Shown here: positions 1-11,639 of the stretch, in pieces | How the letters are laid out: the number at the start of each line of letters is the position of its first letter | Position numbering within the stretch: position 1 is the stretch's first letter | Assembly (NCBI GenBank): GCA_003693705.1 | Contig: RBZT01000831.1 | Coordinates: 1 to 46,284 of the forward strand | Direction of reading: 5' to 3' | Origin: Polymyxa betae A26-41 | Lineage: Eukaryota > Protista > Endomyxa: Phytomyxea | Length of the DNA stretch: 46,284 bases | Position numbers and translations under genes: made by a program | The notes under the pieces: generated by a model | What the model was told of the DNA's origin: nothing | Database searches by the model: none | The model's input: the letters and a program-made list of their open reading frames with translations, nothing else

Positions 1-25
1 TTATTTGCCTCAGTAGGCTTCAACA
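1..25 (-). repeat. Window-terminal 25-bp sequence, probably the first 25 bp of an LTR (TGTTG...) on the minus strand; exact inverted copy at 46260-46284
   Basis: 1-25 TTATTTGCCTCAGTAGGCTTCAACA is the exact reverse complement of 46260-46284. The hAT transposase frame runs into it at about position 26. Confidence 0.85.
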
Positions 26-1612
26 AGGATGGCCTCATCGACGTGTTTTTGGAGCTGATAAAACACTGGTACTGTCAAGCCAAGAGTTTGATAAGCGGAC
101 CCGGACATTAGCTCAGTCGCCTCTTTGAAAGGTTAGAAAAAGGAGCAGAAGTCATTGATAGCGGACCAGGATACATTATCGATAGCCTTAGCAAGGTACT
201 CGATTGGAGATATAATGAAATCAGTGTATCCTTCGTTCTGTTCTCTGATTCGTCTGAGCAATTCATCAATAGGTTTACGCAATTGAAAACCGCTCTGAGC
301 ATATCAAATGTACTGTTCCAACGAGTCTCGACGTCCAGCGACAAATTGGCTTCCGAAACATTCAGGGATTTACATACCTCAGCAAACTTCTCTTTCACTT
401 TTGGCAAATCTGAAACCTTTTTCGTAATATCGCGAGTCCGACCTATTGCGGCATCGACGGCAGGTGCGATCTTGAGCCCATGTTTAATTGCAATCTGCAC
501 TGAATGGGCGAAACAGCGAATCAAAACAAAATTACATTCGTCGGAATCGCAACCAACAAAGGAGTTTTGCGAGATTTCATCATCGTCAGAATACGATGTA
601 TTGGATTTGGAAAGATCCTTCAGGTAACGTTGGAGATGTTCTTTGTAAATTCTAGTAAATGCGTGATTGGTACTAGCATTATCTGCTGTTATCGACCATA
701 TCGAATTCAAATGATCTGGCAGCATACCACCGACAGACTGGAATAAGGTTGCTGCAAGCCGATCCGCTGTGTGAGGGTAAAGAACCCTCACGAAAGCGAT
801 AATTTTGGATTTCATTTCCCACTGGTCATCGATAAAATGCAAGGTCACAACCATTTAGCCTCTGTATGTAGTTAGAACTGAAATAATACAGAAAATGGTC
901 AATGACCTTTGTTCGCAGCCGACGTCCAAATGGCAGTGGTAATAGTGCATTTGCGATTGCGAACATGTTTCCAGAAATACGAACGAACGTTGCAGCGAGC
1001 TTGCTCCCCTCTTTTCAACACCCAGTTCCGGACAGTTTCACGACTCGGAAGAGAATAGCCTTCTTCCTGAGCGTCGCAGAAAAGAATAAAGTTTTCCTGC
1101 TCCACAACATTGAATGGTTGCGAGTGATTAACAATCCAATCAATCAAATATTGATTAGTTTTGTCACGTCGATGATTTGAATTGGCGGCAGAGATTTTTT
1201 CTTCTGGACGACAGTTTCTTTTGAGACTTTGAGAAACCCATCGGTAAGCCGTTTTGTTGGATTGGGATTGTAGGTCCGGAATGCTTAAGCTGTAAATGAC
1301 GCCGAATTGTGTAGGTGTTTTGTGTCGACCAGATCTGTGAATTGCAAATTATCAATTATGACCATATAGTGAATGCAAACATTGTACGGTTTGTCGATTA
1401 AACTTGCAATGCTTACAGGCCTAAACTTTTTCCCCGGACTTATCAATTGCTTCGACATGCATCCAAACATCTGAGCCAGATTCCTTTGATAGATTTGAAC
1501 GCGGAGAGCTCGCAGTTCGAACGGAGGTGCAAGCGTGTGCTTCATCTTTTGGGTCAGGAACTTTGGATACGGCCTCGTCGGCAAAAGCATCCATTGCTCT
1601 AGAGCAGCTCAA
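26..1612 (-). pseudogene. hAT transposase with BED-type zinc finger, frameshifted
   Basis: ORFs 1421-1612 (SDVWMH), 1164-1355 (CNS..RRHLQLKH), 899-1147 (QPFNVVE, TTAIWTS) and 108-854 (TADNAS, RCFAH, DVETRWNS). Confidence 0.9.
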
Positions 1613-1975
1613 GAGTGCGAATCTGGCGGAATCTATAGTTTATCTCCCGAATGACACTAGACGCGAGCGATCGTGCAATCGCGCAACTCGGAAGGGCATG
1701 GGTTGCGCGGCTGCCACTTCAACTAATAAATACGTATTGACATCTAAATACTAACGAAAGGTCAACTGAGTAATGAAGTTAACGTTTTGTGTAATGTCAT
1801 GATTAATCGACCGATTGGGATGATTGATAAATCTATTTAGATGTCAAAATATCGACTCGGAGTCGATTAAGTCGAATCCAAAATTGTTCTGAATCGACTC
1901 GACTCAGCTCGCAGAAAAAACGGAGTTGTGAGTTAAGTCGAGTCGACTCAACTGACTAGGAATTGAGTCGCCCTG
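26..1975 (-). mobile_element. hAT DNA transposon 1 (5' end present, 3' part missing)
   Basis: The minus-strand terminus reads CAGGGCGACTCAATTCC at 1975. GAGTCGA/TCGACTC subterminal motifs cluster at 1850-1970. The element interrupts a Harbinger transposase frame (DLQKT|QGDSIP). Confidence 0.85.
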
Positions 1976-2510
1976 AGTTTTTTGCAAGTCTAAATTGGTT
2001 GGAGAGCGTAATGCCTTTTCGGCATATATTGCATCTATCGTATTGCAGAACCGTTTTACGGTTTCTAGAATAACAGACCTTCCCATCCTTTAATGATCGT
2101 CCTTTGGATGAGCTGAAGAAACGCTAGCAAGGATTCGTACTGCACAAGCGACTTTTTGTCTTGCACTGAGCCCTTTGTTCTTGCAAGCATCACGTTTCTG
2201 AATAAAGTATGGATCGTGCTGCTGGATACGAATAATGAATTCATCAAACAGTTCAATTGGTATTCGTGCGAAACTCTTGTTTAGTGTAAGTTGGATTGGG
2301 TCCCAGTAATCATGGAAAAGCAACGAATCATCTAGCTAACTCTTACGATCATTGTTCGGTTTCCGACAAGGTTGATAGCAGATTTCTTCATCGAGGGAAT
2401 CTTCACTGTCGGACTCGTCAAGCATAAGCAGCAGTAGTTCATCGTCGCTGTCGCTGTTGCTGCTTCTTTCATTTTTTAGAAAGGACAACCACAGTCTAGA
2501 TTGATCCATA
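1976..2510 (-). pseudogene. PIF/Harbinger transposase, Plant_tran type, N-terminal part cut by hAT 1
   Basis: YFIQKRDACKNKGLSARQKVACAVRILA and MGRSVILETVKRFCNTIDAIYAEKALRSPTNLDLQK resemble the N-terminal HTH region of plant/fungal PIF transposases. Confidence 0.8.
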
Positions 2511-2736
2511 TTTAATGATTCTGTGATACGGAGGGGAACCCCGAACAAATCCTTAAACGTATTTAAAAATCAATAACGATGTCCGTAAAAGCTATAAACT
2601 TGCTGCGTGTCGCCCACATTTCAGTCCAACGGTCGGTTGAGGCCACGTGCGCTGCGTGAAACTGTTTCAACCTATATAAAAGATGCGTCAAACTGTTTCG
2701 CCGACTTTGTGTTTTTGTAATTTTGATAGCTTATTG

Positions 2737-3462
2737 ATGGATTTGCCAAACGAAATCCCATCGAGTTCCAGTTCCAACAGTGGCAATAATGGCAGCGATT
2801 CGTCGGCCGAACTGTTGTCGACTCTTTAAAAACCAGCACGCTTTTGGCTGCTCATCGCCAATATTACGGAGAATGGTCCAACGGACAAAAAAAAGCTGGC
2901 ACTCAGGTTATCCCAAAGGAAATCTGGCCAAAGGTTATGAAATATACTGCAGCGTTGAGCATTGACGACAACATTCGTAGATTTATGCCGAATACAAAAA
3001 ACTACACCTGATTGTACGATCAGTGAGAAGCAGCTGAAAGTGCACATTCGATCTGAAAAAATAGGACCCAAAACAGGAGATTCAGACGATGCTTCCGGAA
3101 AACTAGCGCTTCAGTCTTCCGACATGGTAGAATTCGTGAAAGCTGGGAATCCCCACGCTGTGCGCAACGTTTTAGCTAAGCAAGAACAGATTTTGGAGTC
3201 AATCATTGAGCATAGCAAACAAAATCGCTGCCCTGAAACACCGGTTAAGCCGGCTGTCAAAACGAAGGCTCAAATGTTGGGTGACCCAGCCCAATCAATA
3301 GAGAAAATTAGCGATTTCTACGCGTCGTCGCGTCAGAACCAGGATGCCCTCATCAAGAATCGAAATGATCTAGTCCAGCTAGAGAAGTTGAAGCAAGCTC
3401 TTGCCCTGGGGCTTATGTCCCAGGAAGAATTCAACTCTTGGGCTCGATCGCTGCTTTTGTAA
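2737..3462 (+). pseudogene. Harbinger accessory (ORF2-like) protein, copy A, with a divergent Myb/SANT-like N-terminus and a SHOCT-like tail
   Basis: Convergent with the transposase at 3508-4600. Contains TQVIPKEIWPKV and ends LEKLKQALALGLMSQEEFNSWARSLLL*. Homologous to copies B and C in this window. Confidence 0.65.
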
Positions 3463-3507
3463 TTAATACAAAAAACGTATTTCGCTATATTTTTAGTAAT
3501 CGATATC

Positions 3508-4600
3508 CTATCCCAAATTGTCAGCACCAGCATAATCCATTTCTGATACCATCTCCATCCGGCGCCGATGGATAAAGTGTGTTAATATCGCCGCGCTTCT
3601 AAACAGCAAGGGAAACTTCTCGCGGCGAGCTTCAAACTTCTTCAGCAAGCGCTTCCATTTTCGCTTGAGGCCTCCTATGCCCCATTCGACACGCACTCGG
3701 TATCCCGCATGCATAGCATTAAATGCATCAGCAACAGCTACGCTGTCGCCCGCCTGTTGCACTTCCCTTTGGCTTATTCGGCGCATGATGAACATCTCCT
3801 CCCCGACGTGTCCCGGATCTCCTAACAGGTACTCAAAATAGTCATCATTATGAGTGACGAAATTTCGCCAATCACGATATAAATCGGATCGTCGAAGGCA
3901 ACTAACATCGTGGAACGATCCCGGATAACCGGGATCAATGCAAAAAAAAAGTCATTGATGGTCAATCACGACCGTGTTATTCAGAGCATACATGGCTTTT
4001 CGCCCATTGTACCAGAGCTGATGCCGCTCGACATTCCATGGTCGCCTAATCCCGATTAAAGTACCGTCAATAAAACCGACACATCCGTCGAATTCCGGAA
4101 CTACAGCCATCGCTCAATGATTCAGCTATGCACGATGCCACGAAAATAGTATCATCGCAAGTCGATGATTTTGACAGATCCCACGTGAATGCATCCATTC
4201 TTATCGTGCTGTCATGCCTCAAATAAAGAACAAATAACAGCAAGCGCTGCTGAGGAGACAGTTTCGGTTGGGGGCCAAACATCGATCTGATGGTTCCAGT
4301 TGAGCGAGCCGTTGCTGCAAGAACGGGGCAAACACGGGAAGAAAGCTCCTCGAACTCCTCTGCGGTGAAGTTTATGATTCGAAAACAGGATGGCGTTCGT
4401 TGAAGAAGAGTTAATTGATCACGAACGCCCTCGCCGACGCTAACGAAGGGCTGATCTTCGTATAGCACCTCATCGGAGTTAAAAAAACCGAACATATTTG
4501 TCGCAGCAGTGCATGCTGCACTAATCACTAGCGATTCTTCTTCGATGAACTCATCTATAAAGACATCGTCTTCGTGGTCTTCGAGCAAATCCATAATATC
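3508..4600 (-). pseudogene. PIF/Harbinger (HARBI1-like DDE) transposase 2
   Basis: GFIDGTLIGIRRPW, DPGYPGSFHD, YLLGDPG and RVRVEWGIGGLKRKW motifs across frameshifts. Confidence 0.9.
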
Positions 4601-4797
4601 CATATTTATAAACTTTATAAGTGTGACTGGTTGTCTCACAGACTATTGCAAAAATCTGTCGCCAATACGGACACCCACCAAAGATCGGCCAAAGCAGACA
4701 GTTACACTCTGAAAAGTCCGTCACAATTATGGACATCTTTAATATGTGATGATGATAATAATTGCGCCCGGTGCCCTTGCCCTAAATATATAAATAC

Positions 4798-4942
4798 TTA
4801 AAGATTAAGCAGCTCGGCTGCCTTCTTCTTCATGGCTTCCTCTGTGATGAATCCCATTTTGAAGGCATACTTCAAATTCGATAGCTTTATCAGAAAGCTT
4901 TTTTGCTTCATGTGATCGTTCCATGCCTTTGCAGAAGATTTA
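4798..4942 (-). pseudogene. C-terminal piece of Harbinger accessory protein copy B (continues at 17272-18168)
   Basis: Translates KSSAKAWNDHMKQKSFLIKLSNLKYAFKMGFITEEAMKKKAAELLNL* and joins 17272 across the TTA duplication. Confidence 0.7.
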
Positions 4943-4964
4943 GAGCCTGGTTAAAGTGCGGTTC

Positions 4965-5243
4965 TGTCAGGAATGTGCGTATTGCAGAATGTCCGTGCCG
5001 AGAATATGCGTGGAGCCGAAGAACATTCTACGCACTTCGTCTTGGCTTCAGGGTTGGTTGCACAGCCCGACTGCGCTCCAGACTTGTTATTAGTTGATAA
5101 ACTATCACATCTTCCAACTCCCGTCTGCTCCTAAGAAACCCTATCGTTCCATCGTCCTCGTTCCTTACCATCTCACGGCCAGGAGATCTCCTAGTTCCGC
5201 GGCTCCTGTTCGATTCTCTCCTAGTTCCTTGCCGCTCCTGACA
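4965..5243 (+). repeat. 5' LTR of Gypsy 1 (279 bp)
   Basis: TGTCAGGA...TCCTGACA inverted termini. 5066-5243 matches 9609-9786 with 9 substitutions in 178 bp. Confidence 0.95.
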
Positions 5244-5245
5244 TT

Positions 5246-5257
5246 ATAACAGGTCTG
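5246..5257 (+). promoter_or_regulatory. Self-priming primer-binding site (Tf1-type)
   Basis: ATAACAGGTCTG can pair with LTR 5079-5090 CAGACTTGTTAT over 12 bp with one G-U. No TGG tRNA-type PBS follows the LTR. Confidence 0.7.
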
Positions 5258-5293
5258 ACAAGTCTCTCCGACGCCAGTTGGGAGGTCGCAGAG

Positions 5294-6223
5294 ATGAATA
5301 TCACTCAGTTCATCGCTTCTCAACTATCTAATCTGCCCGATGAGGAATCCCGAAATAATCTAGAGCATCAGTTCTCGCAAATGCGCGAGGTTCTCGATCA
5401 CTATCTTGCTAATACTTCTAGTCCTAGTCCTGTTATCGATCGATCACATGATAATTCCTCTGGTGACTTAACCAATTTATCTATTTTGAATGGCGCCACC
5501 CGAAAAGTTCGATGGCAGTCGTAACGGCTATCGGCCATTTTTGACCCAGGTCAAGCTACTATTGGGTTTGCCACAAGCTTCTCGTATGTTTGAGGCTGAA
5601 AAGGTCACCTATGTCATTTCTTTAATCAAAGGCCCAGCTCTTGAATGGATCACTTGGCTTATTGAAGCCAATGACCCACGCGTTACTTCTCTCAATGGTT
5701 TATTCGAAGCATTACGTATATTCGATGACCCAGACCGTGAGCGGACACCCGAAAACACACTCCAATCTCATCGCCAAGGAAAACGGTCCGTAGCTTCTTA
5801 TGCTGCAGAATTTCGTCGTTATGCAGTTGACACTAAATGGAATGACTCGGCTAAGGCACATCATTTCCGCATTGGCCTAAATGATTTCATTAAGGATGAA
5901 CTAGCTAAAGTTGCGTTACCTACTAGTTTGGAAGAAGTCATAACTCTTGCAATTCGAATCGACGCCCGCCTGTTTCAGAGATCAAAGGAGAAACGCAACT
6001 ATCGGCCAATTTTATTACCGGAAGTTCGACTTCTAATTCTTTCGACGGAGATCCTATGATTATTTACGGGGCTCGTACGTACCCGAAAGGGCCGTTGACC
6101 CCAGAAGAGCGTCAGAGAAGTCTTGAAAATATTTTATGTTTTAATTGTAAAGCGCCTGATCATTTAAAGCGCGATTGTCCTAAACGACCCCAGCACCCAA
6201 AAGGCAATGTCCAGGCCCACTAG
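5294..6223 (+). pseudogene. gag: Gag (retrotransposon gag domain plus CCHC knuckle), frameshifted
   Basis: PPEKFDG, GPALEW, RQGKRSVASYAAEF and FRIGLNDFIKDEL motifs. Knuckle CFNCKAPDHLKRDC at about 6137-6178, stop TAG at 6221-6223. Confidence 0.9.
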
Positions 6224-6281
6224 GGCTAGGCGCTAACCTGGACGTTACCAATAAACAGCCGTGTTCTCAAGTTCCTAGCCC
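6196..6281 (+). promoter_or_regulatory. Candidate -1 ribosomal frameshift signal (slippery heptamer plus H-type pseudoknot)
   Basis: C CCA AAA lies in the gag frame. Stem 1 is 6206-6215/6237-6246 and stem 2 is 6223-6230/6274-6281. The -1 frame is open into the protease. Confidence 0.65.
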
Positions 6282-9200
6282 CTCTTACTCAAATTCTGAC
6301 CGTAAACTCCAGTTTAACCCCAACGTTATGGTCATGTTGAATCTATCCCTTGATGGTAACTCAGTATTCACACGTGCGATGATCGACTCAGGAGCCACCT
6401 CTTCCTTTATTGACAGCCATTTTGTGAGGCTTAAGTCTATACCGGTTTTGGCATTGGAGACCCCACTTCTTGCAAAGGTCATTGACGGTAGGCCGCTTTC
6501 AAGTAATCCGTTTTGTGACAAGCGACATCCCGTTCAGCATTGGCAATTACAACTTTAAGCATCGATTTTATGTGATTGATTCTCCCCGTTATCATGTCAT
6601 CTTAGGCATCGATTGGTTAAGAAGTTACGACCCCCGCATTGATTGGCCAACTGGGAAGCTTTCCTTTAACTCTAAATCCGATGCGACAAAGACAGCCGCC
6701 ACAGACGATCTGGTCATCGCTTCTCCGGATAAAACTTTGCCTAGTCGTTATTGTGAATTCAGCGACGTTTTCGATCCTAAAGAAGCAAGTAAACTCCCTC
6801 CTCATCTCCCATATGATTGTAGGATTGACTTGTTACCTGGAGCTCAAACATATTTTGGTCCAATATATTCCCTATCAAAGCCAGAGCTCTAATGCTTACG
6901 TGATTATCTAGATGATTCTCTCAGAAAAGGTTTTATTAGGCATTCTCGGTCTCCAATGGGATCTCCGCTGTTATTTGAGAAGAAAACAGACGGATCACTT
7001 TGGCCATGTATAGATTATCGAAGATTAAATATGATGACGGTCCGCAACCGCTATCCATTGCCTCTTATCGATGAGATGCTTCATAGAATATCCGGTTTGG
7101 TTATGTTTACGAAATTAGATCTAAAGTCGGCATTTAATCTTATCCGAATCAGAAAGGGGGATGAGTGGAAGACCGCCTTTCGTACACGTTATGGTCTCTA
7201 CAAATATCTGGTAATGCCCTTTGGCCATTCCAACGCCCCAGCTACATTCCAGCATTTTCTGAATGATATATTCCGTGACATTTTGGATCCGTTTGTTGTC
7301 GTCTATCTTGATGATATTCTAATATTTTCGCGGTCCGAACATGAACACCAAACGCATGTAAGAATTGTATTGCAAAGGCTCAGAGAGAATGGTCTTTACT
7401 GCAACCTAAGTAAATGTGAGTTTGAAAAAAAGTGTATTGAATTTGTCGGATACAGGGTTTCTCTGAATGGTATATCAATGATCTCTTCCAAAATCGAAAG
7501 TATTCGAAGCTGGCCTCCTCCAAAAAGCCTCAAAGATATCTCCAGCGGTTTTTGGGTTTTGCGAATTTTTACCGCCGATTCATCGATCGCTTTTCGTGTA
7601 TTGTTTCTCCCCTTACTAATCTCTTACGCAAGAATGCCAAGTTTTCTTGGGGCCCCTTCCAACAGAGTGCACTTGACTGTTTAAAGGAAACGTTTTTCCT
7701 CTGCACCGGTATTATCTCATCCCGATCCAATGAAGCAATATTTCCTTGAAACAAATGCTTCCGGATTTGCCTTGGGCGTGGTATTATCACAAAAAAAATT
7801 CTAATCATACATTACATCCGGTTGGATTTTATTCCCGAGCTTTTGCTACGGCCGAAAGGCATTACGACACGCGAGATAAGGAGCTTCTAGCTATAAAGAC
7901 TGGATTTGAGCAGTGGAGGCATCTATTGGAAGGCTGTTATCTCCCGGTAATTGTATTAACCGATCATCAGCCGTTAAAGGAATTCCAAACTATAAAATCG
8001 CTCTCGCAGCGACAAGCTAGGTGGGCCCAATTCTTTAGTCCATTCATTTTCGTTATAAATTACCGTCCTGGCGTTAAGAACTGTAAGGCTGATGCTTTGA
8101 GCAGAAGGTCCGACTATCAACCTTCAGTTTCACCCGAACCCGAGACTATCTTTAAACCAGAGAACTTCCGGTTACTTTCTTTCGCAGCTACTACTCTACC
8201 GTTAGTCGATCGAATTCGGGCTGCTTGTAAAATGGATAGTTTTGCTGCCAAAATGTTTGCAAATCTGACGTCGCAAAAGGGGAGCCCATATGTCAGAGCT
8301 TCCGCTGACCTCTTAATCTATGTTGACAAGATTTATATTCCTAGCGGACCTTTACGCATGGAAGCTCTAAAGGGAACATCATGACTCGTTAACGGGAGGA
8401 CATCTCGGTCAAACCAAAACCTATGAACTGTTAAAGAGATAGTATTGGTGGCCTGGTATGAGGAATTTCGTCCAGGATGATGTGTCCTCTTGCTCGGTAG
8501 GCTGTCGCTCAAAAAAGGTACGCCAACTTCCTTACGGGATCCTTATGCCTTTATCTACACCTGAGAGGCCATGATCTGGGATTTCGGTCGATTTTATCAC
8601 AGACCTCCCGCGCTCTTCTGGTATGACAGGCGTCATGGTTGTGGTTTCTCGCCTTACAAAAATGGCCCACTATATACCGTTTCCTTCGATTCCCGATGCA
8701 CTAAGCACTGCAAAGGCCTTTATTGCATTTGTGTTTCGATCACACGGACTGCCTGATGATGTTGTCTCGGATCGGGGTTCACGGTTTACTTCAAAGTTTT
8801 GGCAACGTATCTGTAAGTTCCTTACTATTCATCGTTCACCTTCAACGGCTTTTCACCCCGAATCCGATGGTCAAACCGAAAGGACTAACCAAACCCTAGA
8901 ACAGCATTTACGTTGTTTTGTCATTTATCGTCAGAATGACTGGTATGATTACTTACCTCTTGCTGAATTTGTGTATAACAATGCGTGGCAAGCTTCGATT
9001 CAAACATCTCCTTTCTTTGCCAATTTTGGCTTTCATCCTAGATTCAGCCTGGAAGCACCTTCAGTTTCAATCGTTCCAAAAACGGAGTCATTTATTGCCA
9101 ATTTGAAGGAAATTCATGAAATGTTAAAACAGGAAATCGCAAAAGACAAAGAGAGCTACAAGAAGTATTCAGATCAATCGCTTAGAGAAGCTCCTTTCCA

Positions 9201-9608
9201 TCTGGGCCATAAGGTTTGGTTAAGTGCTCGTAACATCAAAACAACTCGACCCTGTAAGAAGTTAGACTGTTGCAGAATCGGCCCATTCAATATTAAGCGC
9301 CAAATTAACAATAACGCTTTCGAACTAGAGCTCCCCTCGCACATGAAGATTCATCCAGTCTTTCACTCATCACTTTTATCACCGTTTTTTGAGACAAAAA
9401 ATTCCTGAACGTGCCCAGCACCCTCCTGCTCCGATCTATCTAGAGGATGACAAGGATCCCTACTACATTGTTTCGAGCATTTTGGATTCACGGTTACGCA
9501 GGGGACGTCTTCAGAATCTGGTAAACTGGGAAGGATATGGCCCCGAGGACAATTCATGGGAGCCTGCTTCTGAGTTGATAAGGGATTTAGTGATTAAGGG
9601 GATGAAAA
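6196..9608 (+). pseudogene. pol: Pol: protease, RT, RNase H, integrase and chromodomain, with several frameshifts and stops
   Basis: IDSGA; RNRYPLP, YLDD; KELLAIK, TDH, KADALSR; SDRG, DGQTER; GPF..HPVFH; [15 protein letters not shown]. Confidence 0.95.
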
Positions 9609-9786
9609 CCCGACTGCGCTCCAGACTAGTTATTGCTTGATAAACTATCACATATTCCAACTCCCGTCTGCTCCTAAGAAACTCTATCGTTCCATCGTCC
9701 TCGTTCCTTACCATCTCACGTCCCCGAGATCTCCTAGTTCCGCGTCTCCTGTTCGATTCTCTCCTAGTTCCTTGCCGCTCCTGACA
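9609..9786 (+). repeat. 3' LTR of Gypsy 1 (alignable part only; no match to the first 101 bp of the 5' LTR)
   Basis: Direct repeat of 5066-5243, ends TCCTGACA and is followed by the TSD. Confidence 0.9.
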
Positions 9787-11436
9787 GGTTCGAGGTGTCA
9801 ACGAGTCGACCCGACCCGGGTCGATCAGGTCGAACCACTCTACGACCCGGAGCAACCCGGGTCGACCCGGGTATTTTACAAACTAGATATGATTTCAGAG
9901 AATATGCGATCAGTGGATTTTACTGAATGATAGGAAAGATTGTACTTCAGCAATAGCTTAAATATTGTCATCTCCCATTCGAGCCCGGCGCACACCAATT
10001 GTTGTACCAGCACGGGGGAAAGCGCATTCGATCAAATCAGACGTAGCTGTTCTACCTATGTAATCACGAGCCATCATCTGAACGCGAGGATAAACGCTCA
10101 GGTTGCCTTTGAACCATGTACAGACATCCCTGCTGGGCTGAGTCAACTTCATTGGGGAATGAGCCAAACATCGGTCCAGCTACCCTTCAAAAGGCTCTTC
10201 ATTCATTCCATCTTCTGATAGATATGGCTTCACCCTTGGGTCAAAGAAAGCGGCAATATGAACGTCGCGACTGTTGACAATCTCACGGTATCAGTCAAGC
10301 TTGACCTTGATAGCTGTGGCAAAACGAGTTGTATGCGTGAAACGAAATCCAGTTGTTGCCGCGATTGCCAATCGAGCATGCTCGCGATCGGTGATGAGAT
10401 GGAACACAGTTACGACCATCCCAAGTATCGGATACTCTGAGGTTGACATCTAAACTGTTGCTTCTTTTAAAGGATTCAAGAATGTGCAGAAATCACGTAC
10501 AGCAGACGAAGTTTCTTTCGGAAAATCTTTTGTCAAATCGTCATTTGGAGATACTTTTAATCCCGTGAATCCATCATGACGATCGCGAATGCGGCGAAAC
10601 AATTCATCGAGTAGCTTCTGCATCTGGATAACTGAGCTTAACATCAGCCATGTAGAGTTCCAACGGGTTTCACAATCTAGTTCTGGAATCTTGCAATTCA
10701 TTTTGAGGGTTGAACAAACAGATTGAAGAGCCTCCAAAAGCTTCGGTGAATCCGAGATTTTCTTAACAAGGTCGCGAAAACGGCCAATCGCGATATCTAC
10801 CTCGGGGCAGCATTTTGAGTCCTTAATTGAAACTGCAGCACATGAGCAAAACATCGCAACAGGAAAAGATTTCGCGCCACTCCTGAAGAAACCGGTGCTG
10901 AAATTTCGAGAAGGTCCGCTGAATCGGGAATTGATTCCATCAAGTGAAATTCGATTGCATTTTGAAGACGAACGATATTGTTAGTCAACATTTCAGGGCC
11001 TGTCGAGGCGTTATCCCCTGTTATTGCCCAAACAGATTGCAAAAGACATCCGTACATGTCTTTGACAGCGGCGATCAGATGCGCAGCTCCCCAGTCTGCC
11101 GGATTCATCACCCTGACGAAAGTAATACTAACGTTTCTCATGACCCGTTCGTCATCGATATACTGAATAGTGACAATGATATACTTCGGTTTGCAGCGGT
11201 CCACATATCCGTCGTAATTCCGCATTGCGGTCCACCATGAGGATCTTTCAGCAATTTCTGACGACAAATATTTTTCTGTTCCCTCCAGAGTTTCAGAATA
11301 CGGTTTCGAAAAGTTGCTCGGTTCGGAAGGGAATATTCCTCACGGAGGGCATTGCCAAACTGTCCAAAGTCGCGTTGCTCGACGACTGAGAGTGGTTGGG
11401 CATTGCTGACAGCCCATTGAGTCAATTGCTGGGCTG

Positions 11437-11622
11437 TGTCGTGAATCACGCCATGACTCACCCAGATTCTGCCTCATCTTCCGTCCCCTCCTGCACTCCA
11501 GATTCCAATACTCTGTTTTTCCGACGTACTCGCCATTCAGTCCGCTTTTAGATCTTCTCCCTTTAAATCGGACAATACATTTTAGTAACATTCCCGATCA
11601 CTTCTCATCTCTGTTTACGTCA
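11437..11622 (+). repeat. 5' LTR of gag-PR element
   Basis: TG...CA ends. About 13 substitutions and 1 indel relative to 13597-13783. Confidence 0.95.
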
Positions 11623-11639
11623 CATTTTTTGATCGAGAG

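Larger units (their letters stand above)
4965..9786 (+). mobile_element. Ty3/Gypsy chromovirus (Tf1/sushi-like), near full length and decayed
   Basis: Perfect 5-bp TSD GGTTC (4960-4964, 9787-9791), LTRs, and domain order gag-PR-RT-RH-IN-chromodomain. Confidence 0.95.

Noticed and set aside
2577-4738. TIR pair GATGTCCRTAA delimiting Harbinger 2
   Set aside because: Only 10/11 bp match and the flanking trinucleotides (TAA/TTA) are not a direct duplication.
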